A stretch of DNA of 64,000 bases, taken from positions 10,525 through 74,524 of the forward strand of contig CAZLKW010000001.1 in the NCBI GenBank assembly GCA_964560215.1, given 5' to 3'. Of the stretch, positions 1-9,977 are shown one piece after another. The stretch's first letter is position 1; each line of letters opens with the position of its first letter. A program made the translations under genes and the position numbers. Under the pieces are notes generated by a model. It had not been told where the DNA came from. It saw only the letters and a program-made list of their open reading frames with translations, and searched no databases. This stretch comes from an uncultured Sediminibacterium sp. (GTDB lineage: Bacteria; Bacteroidota; Bacteroidia; Chitinophagales; Chitinophagaceae).

Positions 1-262
1 CTTGTATAGTTTTTCGAGTAGCCTCTTTTTGCTCATTGTAAACTGGCCAAAATTTTTCTGCTTCTTCTGGTGTAAGTCCAAGCTTTTTTGTAATGAATTG
101 TATTTTAAAAGATTCAAGCTGTGCTCTTTTCTCTTTACTCATACGCTCTTCCATTGGCGGCGGCGGTGGAGGCGTTGCTCCTTTTCGATGCATTGGTCTT
201 TGTTGGGCATTTGCAAAAAGCATTGTCAGCATAAATACAAAAAGAGAAAGTAATTGTTTCAT
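1..262 (-). CDS. Secreted helical protein accompanying ECF sigma/anti-sigma (Spy/CpxP-like 'sensor of ECF sigma factor'); runs off window start
   Basis: Not in ORF track. Manual translation from ATG at 262: MKQLLSLFVFMLTMLFANAQQ...KIQFITKKLGLTPEEAEKFWPVYNEQ. Signal peptide plus the LT.EEA.KFWPVYN motif typical of this Bacteroidota family. Confidence 0.8.
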   Translation of the reverse strand, partial: MKQLLSLFVFMLTMLFANAQQRPMHRKGATPPPPPPMEERMSKEKRAQLESFKIQFITKKLGLTPEEAEKFWPVYNEQKEATRKTIQ

Positions 263-280
263 AATTTTATAATTTAATTA

Positions 281-309
281 TTAGATGTTTTATTCAAGAA
301 AAAGTTTAA
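281..309 (-). promoter_or_regulatory. Putative ECF sigma promoter TTAAAC-N17-ATCTAA
   Basis: Same architecture as the sites at 756-784 and 1332-1360. Confidence 0.7.
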
Positions 310-345
310 TTTAAAATTTATTTTATGAGTTAAAATCGACATAAA

Positions 346-747
346 TTAATTATTTAAATTTACTTCAATTTCAACCGCTTCTATAGCCTCGCTCCAATCT
401 ACCTCAGCTAATACTTCATTGTCATTTAAATAAGCTTCAATTGATTCATCAGGTAACGCTTCAATTTGAACTAGTTCGCCTTGAAGAATTAATTTATTAT
501 TGCCCTTGTCATATAAAAAATAACCAGTAGCAACCACTAAAATTAAACTTGCAGCAACTAGGTATTTTTTTTGTGCAGAAAAAATCGATAAAATTTTTGC
601 TTGCTTAGGTGCATTCTTTTCAGCTTGAATTTTGCGCATAAGATTCAACTCAAATTGGTCAAAGTAGCCCTCTGGTACTTGATTGTTTTTTGCTTCAAAG
701 CTTTTTAATGCAGCTTCTAATTCTTTTGAAATGATTTCGTTTTCCAT
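346..747 (-). CDS. Putative anti-sigma factor (single TM)
   Basis: VPEGYFDQF motif and one TM helix, directly downstream of the ECF sigma gene. Confidence 0.75.
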   Translation of the reverse strand: MENEIISKELEAALKSFEAKNNQVPEGYFDQFELNLMRKIQAEKNAPKQAKILSIFSAQKKYLVAASLILVVATGYFLYDKGNNKLILQGELVQIEALPDESIEAYLNDNEVLAEVDWSEAIEAVEIEVNLNN

Positions 748-755
748 GCTATTAT

Positions 756-784
756 TTAGACCTCTTTAAAGATCAATGGTTTAA
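756..784 (-). promoter_or_regulatory. Putative ECF sigma promoter TTAAAC-N17-GTCTAA
   Basis: Motif repeated before all three genes of the locus. Confidence 0.7.
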
Positions 785-1320
785 TCTAGTTGTATTAATT
801 CTGTCATTTTTTTAACCGCTTGGTGGTAATTGGCTTTAGCGCCACCCACTGTTGTGCCAGTTATGGATGCAATTTTTTCATAATCTAAAGCTTCATAATA
901 CCTTAACATAAACACAAAACGTTGTTTTTCAGGCAATTCTGTAATTGCACGTTCTAGTTTGATTTGGATTTGACTTTCTTTTAATGATTCAGCATTGGAA
1001 GCTGGCTCTATTTCAAGTTCATGCCCGCTTTGCTTTAATTGTCCCTGAATTCGTTTTTTTTGAGCTATGAAATTCAAAGTTTCATTATAAGCCACCCTGA
1101 ATAACCAGGTACTAAAAGCACTTTCTTGCTTAAAGCCATCTAATTTATCCCAAACTTTGATCCAAACTGCTTGCGCTATATCATCTGCATCAGCATGTTC
1201 TATCACCATTTTTTTAATCTGGAAAAATACGGATTCACGATGTCGCTTTAACAACTGCGTAAATGCGCTTTCTTTCTCGTCACCGGCTTGAAATTGTATA
1301 ATAAGTGCTTGGTCTGTCAT
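781..1320 (-). CDS. ECF RNA polymerase sigma-70 factor
   Basis: Region 2 (DADDIAQAVWIKVW, FSTWLFRVAYN) and region 4 (LPEKQRFVFMLRYY...YEKIA). Confidence 0.95.
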   Translation of the reverse strand: MTDQALIIQFQAGDEKESAFTQLLKRHRESVFFQIKKMVIEHADADDIAQAVWIKVWDKLDGFKQESAFSTWLFRVAYNETLNFIAQKKRIQGQLKQSGHELEIEPASNAESLKESQIQIKLERAITELPEKQRFVFMLRYYEALDYEKIASITGTTVGGAKANYHQAVKKMTELIQLD

Positions 1321-1331
1321 GCGATTTGAAG

Positions 1332-1360
1332 TTAGACCAATTTTTATTGTAAAAGTTTAA
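1332..1360 (-). promoter_or_regulatory. Putative autoregulatory ECF promoter TTAAAC-N17-GTCTAA
   Basis: 11 nt upstream of the sigma ATG; matches the two downstream copies. Confidence 0.7.
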
Positions 1361-1371
1361 ATGAATCCAAT

Positions 1372-2943
1372 TTAGATTTTCAGAATGGACTTTATATGTT
1401 GATGAATCCCATTTTGGATTCTTATATAGTACACCCCCGATATAAGTTCTTTACCGTGAATGGTAACACTATTCATACCAGCATAACTATAGGTAGCGTC
1501 TACTAATAATTTAATAACAGTTCCTGTTGCATCTAAAAGTTGAACAAGGGTATGCCCACCTTCTGTTTTAAATTCAATTCTCGATTGGTTGTTAAAAGGA
1601 TTTGGGTAAGCCACAATCATAGTATTTTTTTCAAAAACTGGATTGGCCATTTCTATTGCACATGCACTGGCATTAATTAAGTTTAATGTTGGAAACTGTT
1701 TCAACATAATTTGCATGTTGTCTGTTTCCTTCACACAGAACCAGTGCTTTAAGATAGAATTATAAATTGTTCTAAAATCATGTTGATAGGGTACATTATC
1801 ACTTGTGGAAACGGTAGTTGGTAAGGTTGGATTTTCTCCAAAAACACCCCCTCTCACATTTTTTCCAAACAAAAACAATGGCGCAGCAGCACCATGATCC
1901 GTTCCGCCACTTGCATTGGACTTGATTCTTCTTCCAAACTCAGAATAGGTCATTCCAATAACCCTGTCTTCTATTTCTTGGTTTTTAATATCATTTTGAA
2001 AAGCACCAATTGCTTCAGAAACTGCGCCTAATAAATTTGCATGCGTACCTGTGGTTGTGTCAGTAGCAACAGCTTGACTTGCATGTGTGTCAAAACCTCC
2101 ATAGTTCACCAAGTAGACTTTAGTTTTTAATCCACCTTTAACTAGTCTAGCAACAATTTTTAATTGATTAGCAAGACTTGTATTTGGATAAGTGGTTTGT
2201 TGTGTTACTGCATCAGAAGCTGCTTTTATTCGTGTTGCATATTTATTTGTTTGCTTTGAAATTCTTCTTATAAAACTTAACTCATAACCTGCATTGGTAT
2301 TTGGAACGGCTTCTTCTGTTGAGTCAAATAAGTTATAAAATGAATTAGGATCAGAAATACTCATACCCATATTCACCATTGGACCTTGACAAGTCAATGA
2401 AGTAATTGAGCCAATTTGTATTGCCAATGGATCTGTGTCAACTTCATTTGGATAATTGTCAGGGTAGCCAGGATAATTTGTATCAAGAAATCTACCTGCC
2501 CAACCTGTATTCAAATATTCATTGCTATCTGAACCGCTCATCCATATATCTGTCGCTCTAAAGTGCGAAAAATTGGGTTGAGGATAGCCTACCGCTTGAA
2601 CAATATCAAGTTGACCTTCATTAAATAATCTTTGCATCGCTGTCATGGAAGGATGTAAGCCCGTCGCATTGTTGCCTGCTAATGAAAGAATCTTTTTTTC
2701 TGGGATAGCAATATTGGTCCTTGCGTTGTAATAATCCCCGTATTGACTTATTGGCAATACTGTATTGAGTCCATCATTCCCTCCATTCAACTGAATGATC
2801 ACTAGAACTCTATCATTAGTCACTTTGGCTAAAACTTCTGTTTCAACCATGCTATGGTTGTTTAGCACATGGATTGGGTTACCACTAATTACAGTAGGTG
2901 TAAGTACTGCAAGACTATTACGTAAAAAAGTGCTTCTTTTCAT
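1372..2943 (-). CDS. DUF1501 family protein with T9SS type A C-terminal sorting domain
   Basis: GGNDGLN, SHFRATDIW, GGFDTH, SEFGRR...GTDHG motifs; C-terminal YPNPFN...SGVYYIRI. Confidence 0.9.
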   Translation of the reverse strand: MKRSTFLRNSLAVLTPTVISGNPIHVLNNHSMVETEVLAKVTNDRVLVIIQLNGGNDGLNTVLPISQYGDYYNARTNIAIPEKKILSLAGNNATGLHPSMTAMQRLFNEGQLDIVQAVGYPQPNFSHFRATDIWMSGSDSNEYLNTGWAGRFLDTNYPGYPDNYPNEVDTDPLAIQIGSITSLTCQGPMVNMGMSISDPNSFYNLFDSTEEAVPNTNAGYELSFIRRISKQTNKYATRIKAASDAVTQQTTYPNTSLANQLKIVARLVKGGLKTKVYLVNYGGFDTHASQAVATDTTTGTHANLLGAVSEAIGAFQNDIKNQEIEDRVIGMTYSEFGRRIKSNASGGTDHGAAAPLFLFGKNVRGGVFGENPTLPTTVSTSDNVPYQHDFRTIYNSILKHWFCVKETDNMQIMLKQFPTLNLINASACAIEMANPVFEKNTMIVAYPNPFNNQSRIEFKTEGGHTLVQLLDATGTVIKLLVDATYSYAGMNSVTIHGKELISGVYYIRIQNGIHQHIKSILKI

Positions 2944-4575
2944 TTAACTTAATTGATAGTCAGGCAGGTTCATAATATATTTCATCAAATTCTTTAATCT
3001 ACTATTCACTAAATTAAAATTGATTGTATTTTGAATAGATTGATAACTATTCCATGCATCAGTCCAATAATAATCTGAAGTTTGTCCACTCAATAAAATT
3101 TGTTTCTTTAAATTGTCTTTTGTAGATTGATCTATTTCAGTAGAAATAAATAGTTCAAAAAAATCTTGAATCAATTGATTTGGATCGGATGGATTACTTG
3201 AAATATTTTTAGCTAAAGAGATGGCATCTACAATAACCCTTCTTCCATTTCTCGTATAGCCAGTGTCAATCATCAAGTCGGTAAATTTATTTCTTTTTGG
3301 TAAAGTATCTGCATTGATCCATAGTTCATAAAATTCAGGAGATTGATAATAAGCAGGCCAGCCAGCGACATTAGGAGGATCGGCAAGATTTTGACCAAAG
3401 CTAGTCAGTTGCGCAACCATATTGTTAAAATGCAAGTAGGCATCTGCATAGTCAGAAATAGCATCAGGGAAAACTACATTTGTTTTACGTAATGTTCCAA
3501 TAATATGATCTATTGGACTTTTGATTTGACAGCCAATATAGATTGGGTCATAAAAATGCGCACTATTAAAAAGTGCAGACAATACTGGCTTTATTTCAAA
3601 ATTGCTATTTCTAAAAATAATTGATAATGGTGTGATGATATTTTTTTCAACTGTTTCATCTATATAATAGTAAACAAACCACCTGTATAATCTTCTACAG
3701 ATATATTTTGCTGTATCTTCTTTTTCAAAAAGCATATCAATGAGTTCATCTGTTTCTGATGCACCATCCTGACCAGTTTTTCCAGTAATGACTTTATTAT
3801 TATAATAGCTTGAAAATTGTTTATTCCCAGTGTCATGTCTTTTTTCGTCAAAATAGCTTGTATAACTCGCATTAATGCGCCATCCGGTTAAAACCCTTGC
3901 AGCAGCTTTTACATCAGATTCGCTGTATTGAATGACATTGTCTTTACCAACTGTAAATAATTCCTGTAATTCTCTCCCATAGTTTTCATCAGGCGCAGAT
4001 GCTGTATTAAGGTATCCATTTAAATACCTTAACATGCCAGGATCGATTGTAACTGCTTTCACCATTGTCTTAAAATTACCTAAAGCATTTTTTCTTAATG
4101 TGTCATGGTGTTGATACAAATAATTGGCATTAGAGATGATATCCGCTTCTGTTCCAAAATGATTGCCCCAAAACAAGGTTAATTTTTCTCTAATACTTAT
4201 GTCTTGGTGTATCATGACTCCGGTGAGCCATTTTTTATAATTATTCCTTCTTAAACTATTTATAGTGCCATTTCCAGTTGGATGATTGACCCATGTACTT
4301 CCTAGAGGTACAGCAGGATCTATGACTGTTGCCGTATTGTATTCATTTAAAGGAGGAGCGGGTATGGGGGTAGATGCATTTAGTAATTCATTTACCGAAG
4401 CACTTAGGCCTTTTTTTAAAAAGGATTGAATCTCGGATTGTTTTGCCCCAAATAATACTCTATTTAATAAATGAGTCGTTGTCTGCTTCGTCCAACTGCC
4501 TTTAAATGGTTCAAGGCCTAAATTACTAGAAAGGGGACTTTGGGGCATACATTTTATTTGTGACAATTTAGACAA
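2944..4575 (-). CDS. DUF1800 family protein
   Basis: HLLNRVLFG, EKLTLFWGNHF, DENYGRELQELFTVG, PPNVAGW; usual partner of DUF1501. Confidence 0.9.
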   Translation of the reverse strand: MSKLSQIKCMPQSPLSSNLGLEPFKGSWTKQTTTHLLNRVLFGAKQSEIQSFLKKGLSASVNELLNASTPIPAPPLNEYNTATVIDPAVPLGSTWVNHPTGNGTINSLRRNNYKKWLTGVMIHQDISIREKLTLFWGNHFGTEADIISNANYLYQHHDTLRKNALGNFKTMVKAVTIDPGMLRYLNGYLNTASAPDENYGRELQELFTVGKDNVIQYSESDVKAAARVLTGWRINASYTSYFDEKRHDTGNKQFSSYYNNKVITGKTGQDGASETDELIDMLFEKEDTAKYICRRLYRWFVYYYIDETVEKNIITPLSIIFRNSNFEIKPVLSALFNSAHFYDPIYIGCQIKSPIDHIIGTLRKTNVVFPDAISDYADAYLHFNNMVAQLTSFGQNLADPPNVAGWPAYYQSPEFYELWINADTLPKRNKFTDLMIDTGYTRNGRRVIVDAISLAKNISSNPSDPNQLIQDFFELFISTEIDQSTKDNLKKQILLSGQTSDYYWTDAWNSYQSIQNTINFNLVNSRLKNLMKYIMNLPDYQLS

Positions 4576-4680
4576 TGATTAAATTTAAAAGTTTAATTGC
4601 ATAAGATTCCGTCTATCAACCTTTTTTTCATTTGCATTCAAAATGAAATTATCTTTAAAGCAATTCTAAAAAAGAACAAT

Positions 4681-5970
4681 ATGAGAATAATAAAATTAAT
4701 ATGTATTGCATTGTTAATGCCATATTTAGGCATTAGCCAGTTCATCGAGAAGGTAGTTACAAAAGCCGAAACCGAAAGAATTGAACGTGTTTTATCTTCC
4801 GATGCCATGGAAGGCCGAAGAACCTTTAGTTCAGGTATCGATAAAGCAGCAGCTTTTATTGCAAAAGAATTTGAGTCAGCCGGCCTTATATCAATGAAGG
4901 GCGATAATAATTATTTGCAAAGCTTTTCAATCATTAGACCAAAGTTCATTCGTTTAAATGCAAGTATCAATGGATCTGCGATTGATACCAAGCAAGTAAT
5001 CGTTGTCACTATTGAGCCTGAATTAATAATTAATGAACAAGCAGGATACAATGTAACAAAAATTACTGCTACAGAAAACTTAAATCAAGCGGCTAGCAAA
5101 CTAATGAATGCAAACCAAAAATCAATTGTATTGGTAGACGAAGCGCATGCTCAAAATTTCAGTAGATTGATGAGGTTTAAAAATAATTTATCGTCTACAC
5201 AAAATACAGTGGTGTTTATTTTAACGAATCTTCAACCCAATAGTTTTACTATTCAAGCAAATCATCAGATAGAAAAAATGCCTTTGGCAAATGTGGTAGC
5301 AATGATTCCTGGAAAGACCTTGCCAAATGAATATGTAATTTTCTCTGGTCATTATGATCATTTAGGAATTAATACAAGAAATATGGTGAATGGAGATTCT
5401 ATATATAATGGCGCAAATGATGATGCAGCAGGCACGACAGCAATGATTATGTTATCTAAGTATTATAAAGCATTAAATAATAATGCAAGAACTATTTTAT
5501 TTGCAGCGTTTACTGCGGAAGAAGTAGGTGGATATGGTGCACAATATTTTTCGAAGCAATTAGACCCCGCTAAAGTTGTAGCAATGTTTAATATCGAAAT
5601 GATTGGAACAGAAAGTAAATGGGGTAAAAATAGTGCCTATATCACTGGATTTGAAAAAACAAATATGGGTGCAATTTTACAAAAAAATTTAGAAGGATCT
5701 AGTTTTAAATTTTATCCTGATCCATATACAGAACAAAATTTATTTTACCGCTCAGACAATGCAACGCTTGCTAGACTTGGTGTAGCAGCACATACAATCT
5801 CTACTTCTAAAATGGACTCTGAGCCAAATTATCATAAAGCGTCAGATCAAATTGAAACATTAGATTTAGACAACATGAATGAAATCATTAAGGCAATTGC
5901 ATTAAGTGCACAGTCAATTATTGCGGGAAAAGATACGCCAAGTAGAGTAGACACTACCCAATTAAAATAA
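4681..5970 (+). CDS. M28 family metallopeptidase
   Basis: GHYDHLG, NGANDDAAG, AEEVG, YRSDN, YH zinc-ligand motifs; signal peptide from ATG 4681. Confidence 0.92.
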   Translation: MRIIKLICIALLMPYLGISQFIEKVVTKAETERIERVLSSDAMEGRRTFSSGIDKAAAFIAKEFESAGLISMKGDNNYLQSFSIIRPKFIRLNASINGSAIDTKQVIVVTIEPELIINEQAGYNVTKITATENLNQAASKLMNANQKSIVLVDEAHAQNFSRLMRFKNNLSSTQNTVVFILTNLQPNSFTIQANHQIEKMPLANVVAMIPGKTLPNEYVIFSGHYDHLGINTRNMVNGDSIYNGANDDAAGTTAMIMLSKYYKALNNNARTILFAAFTAEEVGGYGAQYFSKQLDPAKVVAMFNIEMIGTESKWGKNSAYITGFEKTNMGAILQKNLEGSSFKFYPDPYTEQNLFYRSDNATLARLGVAAHTISTSKMDSEPNYHKASDQIETLDLDNMNEIIKAIALSAQSIIAGKDTPSRVDTTQLK

Positions 5971-6024
5971 AATCTTCATTGTAATAAATACAATAATCAA
6001 ACATTTAGCTCTTAACTAATACTC

Positions 6025-7233
6025 ATGAATCAATATTTAACGGTTCTATTATTGACTATTTGTTTTACCACTAGCGCTCAAGTAAAGACCTATTTTCCAT
6101 CTGCAGAAAAATGGGAAACAAAAGCTCCAAGTAGTTTTCGTATTGATAGTAGTTTAATCCATCAAGCAATTGAATATGCGGTTGGGCACGAAACTAAATA
6201 CCCTAAAAATCTACTGCTCTCACAAGCGATGCAGTTTGGGAAAGAGCCATTCTCTGACCCGGTTGGTCCAATGGCTAATCGCGGTCCAGCAGCGGGTGTG
6301 ATTGTACACAAGGGGTATATCATTGCAGAATGGGGGAATCCAAATGCGGTAGAAATGGTCAATAGTGTTACCAAGAGTATGTTGTCAACAGTCGTAGGGT
6401 TAGCAGTAGACAAAGGATTAATCCGTTCGATAGAAGATAAAGTAAACCCCTATTTGCCACCGGTTGAATTGCTGAATGAATCCAATACAATTGACCAAAA
6501 CCCCCTTGCTAAAACCTCTTTTATATATCCATTTGACACAGAGCATAATCGAAAAATCAACTGGGAACATTTATTAAGACAAACAAGTGATTGGGAAGGC
6601 ATCTTATGGGGCAAGCCAGATTGGGCAGATCGTCCATCAGATAAACAAGACGAGTGGACAACAAGGAAACGATATGAACCAGGTATGGTATACAAATACA
6701 ATGATACAAGGGTGAACGCTTTGGCCTTGGCAGCTACAACAGTCTGGAGAAAGCCTTTGCCCGAAGTATTAAGAGAGCAAGTGATGCAACCAATTGGCGC
6801 TAGTAATACTTGGGCATGGACTGGTTATAAAAATGCATGGATTGTGTTAGACGGCAAGATGATTCAATCTGTTAGTGGCGGCGGTCACTTTGGAGGAGGC
6901 TTATTTATCAATGCTTATGATATGGCTAGATTCGGATTGCTTACATTAAGAAAGGGCAATTGGAATGGGAAGCAAATTATTTCAGAAGCGTGGATAAAAA
7001 AATCTACTACACCTACTACAGTTCAAACAGGCTATGGCTTTATGAACTATTTCTTAAATACAGATCGTAAAATGTATCCCTCAGCTCCAGCTTCTGCTTT
7101 TACCCATATCGGTAATGGTACAAATGCGATTTATGTAGATCAAGAAAATGATTTGGTCATTGTGATTAAGTGGATGGATGATAAGTCAATCGATGGCTTT
7201 TTAAAATTAGTTTTAGCTGCATTGCCTAAATAA
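6025..7233 (+). CDS. Serine hydrolase, beta-lactamase/AmpC-like family
   Basis: SVTK (SxxK), Y-x-N-like YKYN, DMARFGLL and HIG motifs; signal peptide. Confidence 0.9.
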   Translation: MNQYLTVLLLTICFTTSAQVKTYFPSAEKWETKAPSSFRIDSSLIHQAIEYAVGHETKYPKNLLLSQAMQFGKEPFSDPVGPMANRGPAAGVIVHKGYIIAEWGNPNAVEMVNSVTKSMLSTVVGLAVDKGLIRSIEDKVNPYLPPVELLNESNTIDQNPLAKTSFIYPFDTEHNRKINWEHLLRQTSDWEGILWGKPDWADRPSDKQDEWTTRKRYEPGMVYKYNDTRVNALALAATTVWRKPLPEVLREQVMQPIGASNTWAWTGYKNAWIVLDGKMIQSVSGGGHFGGGLFINAYDMARFGLLTLRKGNWNGKQIISEAWIKKSTTPTTVQTGYGFMNYFLNTDRKMYPSAPASAFTHIGNGTNAIYVDQENDLVIVIKWMDDKSIDGFLKLVLAALPK

Positions 7234-7251
7234 TTTTGAAAGCGCTTTCAC

Positions 7252-7284
7252 AAAAAAGGCGCCGAATTTTCGGCGCCTTTTTTT
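7252..7284. terminator. Bidirectional intrinsic terminator
   Basis: A6-GGCGCCGAA-tt-TTCGGCGCC-T7 between convergent genes. Confidence 0.9.
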
Positions 7285-7300
7285 ATTGCTGTAGTCTAAA

Positions 7301-7669
7301 CTAGTAATTTTTAGCTTTTTGTAATTTGTGAAAGCTTGTATAAGAAACAATCAATAAACCAAAAAACACAATTGCCATAATTGTATTACCCAAAGGATCA
7401 TTTATAGCAATATGCGCTACTGCTGCAGAGATATATAAAATCCCAAATCCTACATAGGCCCATTCTTTAATACGCGCAGGGACAGCTGGAACTATTAATA
7501 AAACGAGTCCAACTAGTTGTCCAATACTTATTTCAAGTCCAAGCCAACGTGGAATGCCAACATGTTTAGTGCCTTCGATGGCCATTTCGGAATTCATGAA
7601 AATCGCAGTAGAGGCAAAAAGGCAAATGATACTAGTGGTTACCCAATAAATTATTTTAGTTGTTTTCAT
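7301..7669 (-). CDS. DoxX-like membrane protein
   Basis: KIIYWVTT start and KEWAYVGF motif; 4 TM helices. Confidence 0.85.
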   Translation of the reverse strand: MKTTKIIYWVTTSIICLFASTAIFMNSEMAIEGTKHVGIPRWLGLEISIGQLVGLVLLIVPAVPARIKEWAYVGFGILYISAAVAHIAINDPLGNTIMAIVFFGLLIVSYTSFHKLQKAKNY

Positions 7670-7789
7670 ATTGTCCAATGTTTTAATAGTGATAAATAAA
7701 ATAGTTTAATTAAATTCACAAACAATTTACAAATTACAAACCATATTATAAAATTTCCTATCAATTCTATTTTTCAAACAAGACGCTTT

Positions 7790-8254
7790 ATGAAAAAATT
7801 ATTCTTTTTTACATTTTCACTTATTCTAGGTTACAACGCATCCATTGCCCAAACTTCAAAAGCAAACCCATCAATTGATTCCGAAAAAGAAGTGAAACAA
7901 GTTATTAATAATATGTTTCAGGCAATGAAACAAGCGGACACTGTTTTATTAAAATCCTGCTTTGCTGATAAAGTAATTTTTCAAACAATTATAAATAAGG
8001 CAGAAGGTGCTGTAGTTAGTAATCAAACTGTTAATGACTTTATTCAAAGCATTGGTAAGCAAACAGCAAATGCTTTAGATGAAAGAATTGAATTCGGTGC
8101 AATTCAAATTGAGCCTTTGATGGCCACAGTTTGGACGCCTTATAGTTTTTATTACAAAGGAAACTATTCTCACAAAGGTGTTAATAGCTTTCAGTTGGTA
8201 AAATTTAAAGAAGGCTGGAAGATCCAATACATCATTGATACAAGGTATAAGTAA
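7790..8254 (+). CDS. NTF2-like / putative lumazine-binding secreted protein
   Basis: ATVWTPYSFY...HKGVNSFQLVK...WKIQYIIDT. Confidence 0.8.
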   Translation: MKKLFFFTFSLILGYNASIAQTSKANPSIDSEKEVKQVINNMFQAMKQADTVLLKSCFADKVIFQTIINKAEGAVVSNQTVNDFIQSIGKQTANALDERIEFGAIQIEPLMATVWTPYSFYYKGNYSHKGVNSFQLVKFKEGWKIQYIIDTRYK

Positions 8255-8257
8255 AAC

Positions 8258-9028
8258 TTATTTATTGCCCTTTAAATACTGCTGGAATTGTAGCGGCTGG
8301 TTTGTTGTAATCCATTCTACACCTTGTTGTTGCAGTATTTTTAAATCTGCAATTTCGTTCACCGTCCAAGAACCAGTTTTCAAACCAGCCTTTACTGCAG
8401 CAGGGGCAAGCATTTCATTTTTCTTAAAATTACTATAATGAAAATTGATGCCATCAAATTGATGCTGCATTACCTGATTGACATTTAAGTCTGCTTCAAG
8501 GTATAAGACAGTTGCAGCAGGTTGTTTTGTTTTAATCCAATCTAAGATATCAGCACTAAAGCTGATGTAAACTATCCTGTCTTCAATTTTTAATCTTTTT
8601 GCCAATTCTAAACTACTCATTGTTGCTAGTCGATCTTGACCTTTGTTATTGATTGCTGCTTTAATTTCACAAATCAATTTTGTATGAGCATTATTGAGTA
8701 TTCCTTTTTCATAATAATTTTCTAGTAATGGCAAATCTTCGCCATTAGATAACTTGTTTCTATTTAAATAAGCATAAGTATTAGTTTGAATAGTGTCTCC
8801 GTAATAAGTCGGATCATGATTTACAACCAATATGCCATCCATCGTCATCCTTACATCAAATTCAGCACCATCACAATTTAATTCAATCGCTTTTTGTAGT
8901 GAAGCAATTGAGTTTTCAGGTAAATTAAATTCTTTCCAAGCGCCACGATGGGCAATGATTTTTGTTTTTTGTGCGAATGAAGAATTCATAAGAAAAATTA
9001 AAATAAGACTAGTGAATGTTTTTAACAT
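8258..9028 (-). CDS. Glycerophosphodiester phosphodiesterase
   Basis: IAHRG, PENSIAS, EFDV, HD, WTVN, ITTNQP motifs. Confidence 0.93.
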   Translation of the reverse strand: MLKTFTSLILIFLMNSSFAQKTKIIAHRGAWKEFNLPENSIASLQKAIELNCDGAEFDVRMTMDGILVVNHDPTYYGDTIQTNTYAYLNRNKLSNGEDLPLLENYYEKGILNNAHTKLICEIKAAINNKGQDRLATMSSLELAKRLKIEDRIVYISFSADILDWIKTKQPAATVLYLEADLNVNQVMQHQFDGINFHYSNFKKNEMLAPAAVKAGLKTGSWTVNEIADLKILQQQGVEWITTNQPLQFQQYLKGNK

Positions 9029-9190
9029 AAATATGATTTGGCAAATTGATATATAGTAAAGTGCGTGCTATTTAAAACCCTAGCAAGTCTTTGTCATTAG
9101 TTTAAACATTAAGGTACTAAACAATTATTAATTAAACAGCGTTTGAAATAAGTTGATATTTCGTTAACTTTGCGGTCTCAAAATAATACG

Positions 9191-9949
9191 ATGAATCCAG
9201 CCATTCAGCAGCTAAAAATAGCGATAGAACCAAGTAGAGCTAAGTTATTAGAACACCCGGTATATCATCAAATTCAAACTTTAACTGAATTGCAAAAATT
9301 TGCCCAAGTGCATGTATTTGCTGTTTGGGATTTTATGAGTTTATTAAAATCCTTACAACAAAAATTAACCTGTGTTCAAACGCCATGGGTCCCTGTTGGA
9401 TCTGCAAATACAAGGTATTTGATCAATGAAATTGTGTTGGGTGAAGAATCAGATGTGGATGCCTTTGACAATCGTATTAGTCATTTTGAATTGTACCAAC
9501 AAGCGATGCACCAAATGGGCGCTTCTACAGCTGCTATTGAAAACTTGATTCAGGGTATTCAATCTGGCAAATCCATTGAACAAGCTATTTCTGAAATAGA
9601 TTGCGCCACCTCTATCAAAGACTTTTTAAACTATACCTTTAAAATTGTCAATCATGCGCCAGCACATGTGCAAGCTGCTGTCTTTACATTTGGTAGAGAA
9701 GACTTAATCCCAGACATGTTCACAAGATTATTGGAAAAGCTTGTTGCAGAAACCCCAGAAAAAGTATCCATTTTCAAATACTATATCGAAAGGCATATTG
9801 AAGTAGATGGCGGGCATCATAGTCATTTAGCATTGGAAATGGTATCTGAGCTATGTGGCGAAGATGCTGTAAAATGGAAAGAAGCAGAAACGGCCTCCAT
9901 CGAGGCCTTGCAAATTCGTACGAAGTTGTGGGATGCGGTACTAGCTTAA
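9191..9949 (+). CDS. DUF3050 family (heme-oxygenase-like diiron) protein
   Basis: HVFAVWDFMSLLK, INEIVLGEESD, SHFE, FGREDLIP, RHIEVDGGHH. Confidence 0.88.
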   Translation: MNPAIQQLKIAIEPSRAKLLEHPVYHQIQTLTELQKFAQVHVFAVWDFMSLLKSLQQKLTCVQTPWVPVGSANTRYLINEIVLGEESDVDAFDNRISHFELYQQAMHQMGASTAAIENLIQGIQSGKSIEQAISEIDCATSIKDFLNYTFKIVNHAPAHVQAAVFTFGREDLIPDMFTRLLEKLVAETPEKVSIFKYYIERHIEVDGGHHSHLALEMVSELCGEDAVKWKEAETASIEALQIRTKLWDAVLA

Positions 9950-9977
9950 TTTTAAAATAGGCGAAATGCTTGCAATT

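Noticed and set aside
2-253. 83-aa plus-strand ORF
   Set aside because: Shadow of the real minus-strand gene starting at 262, which has a signal peptide and a family motif
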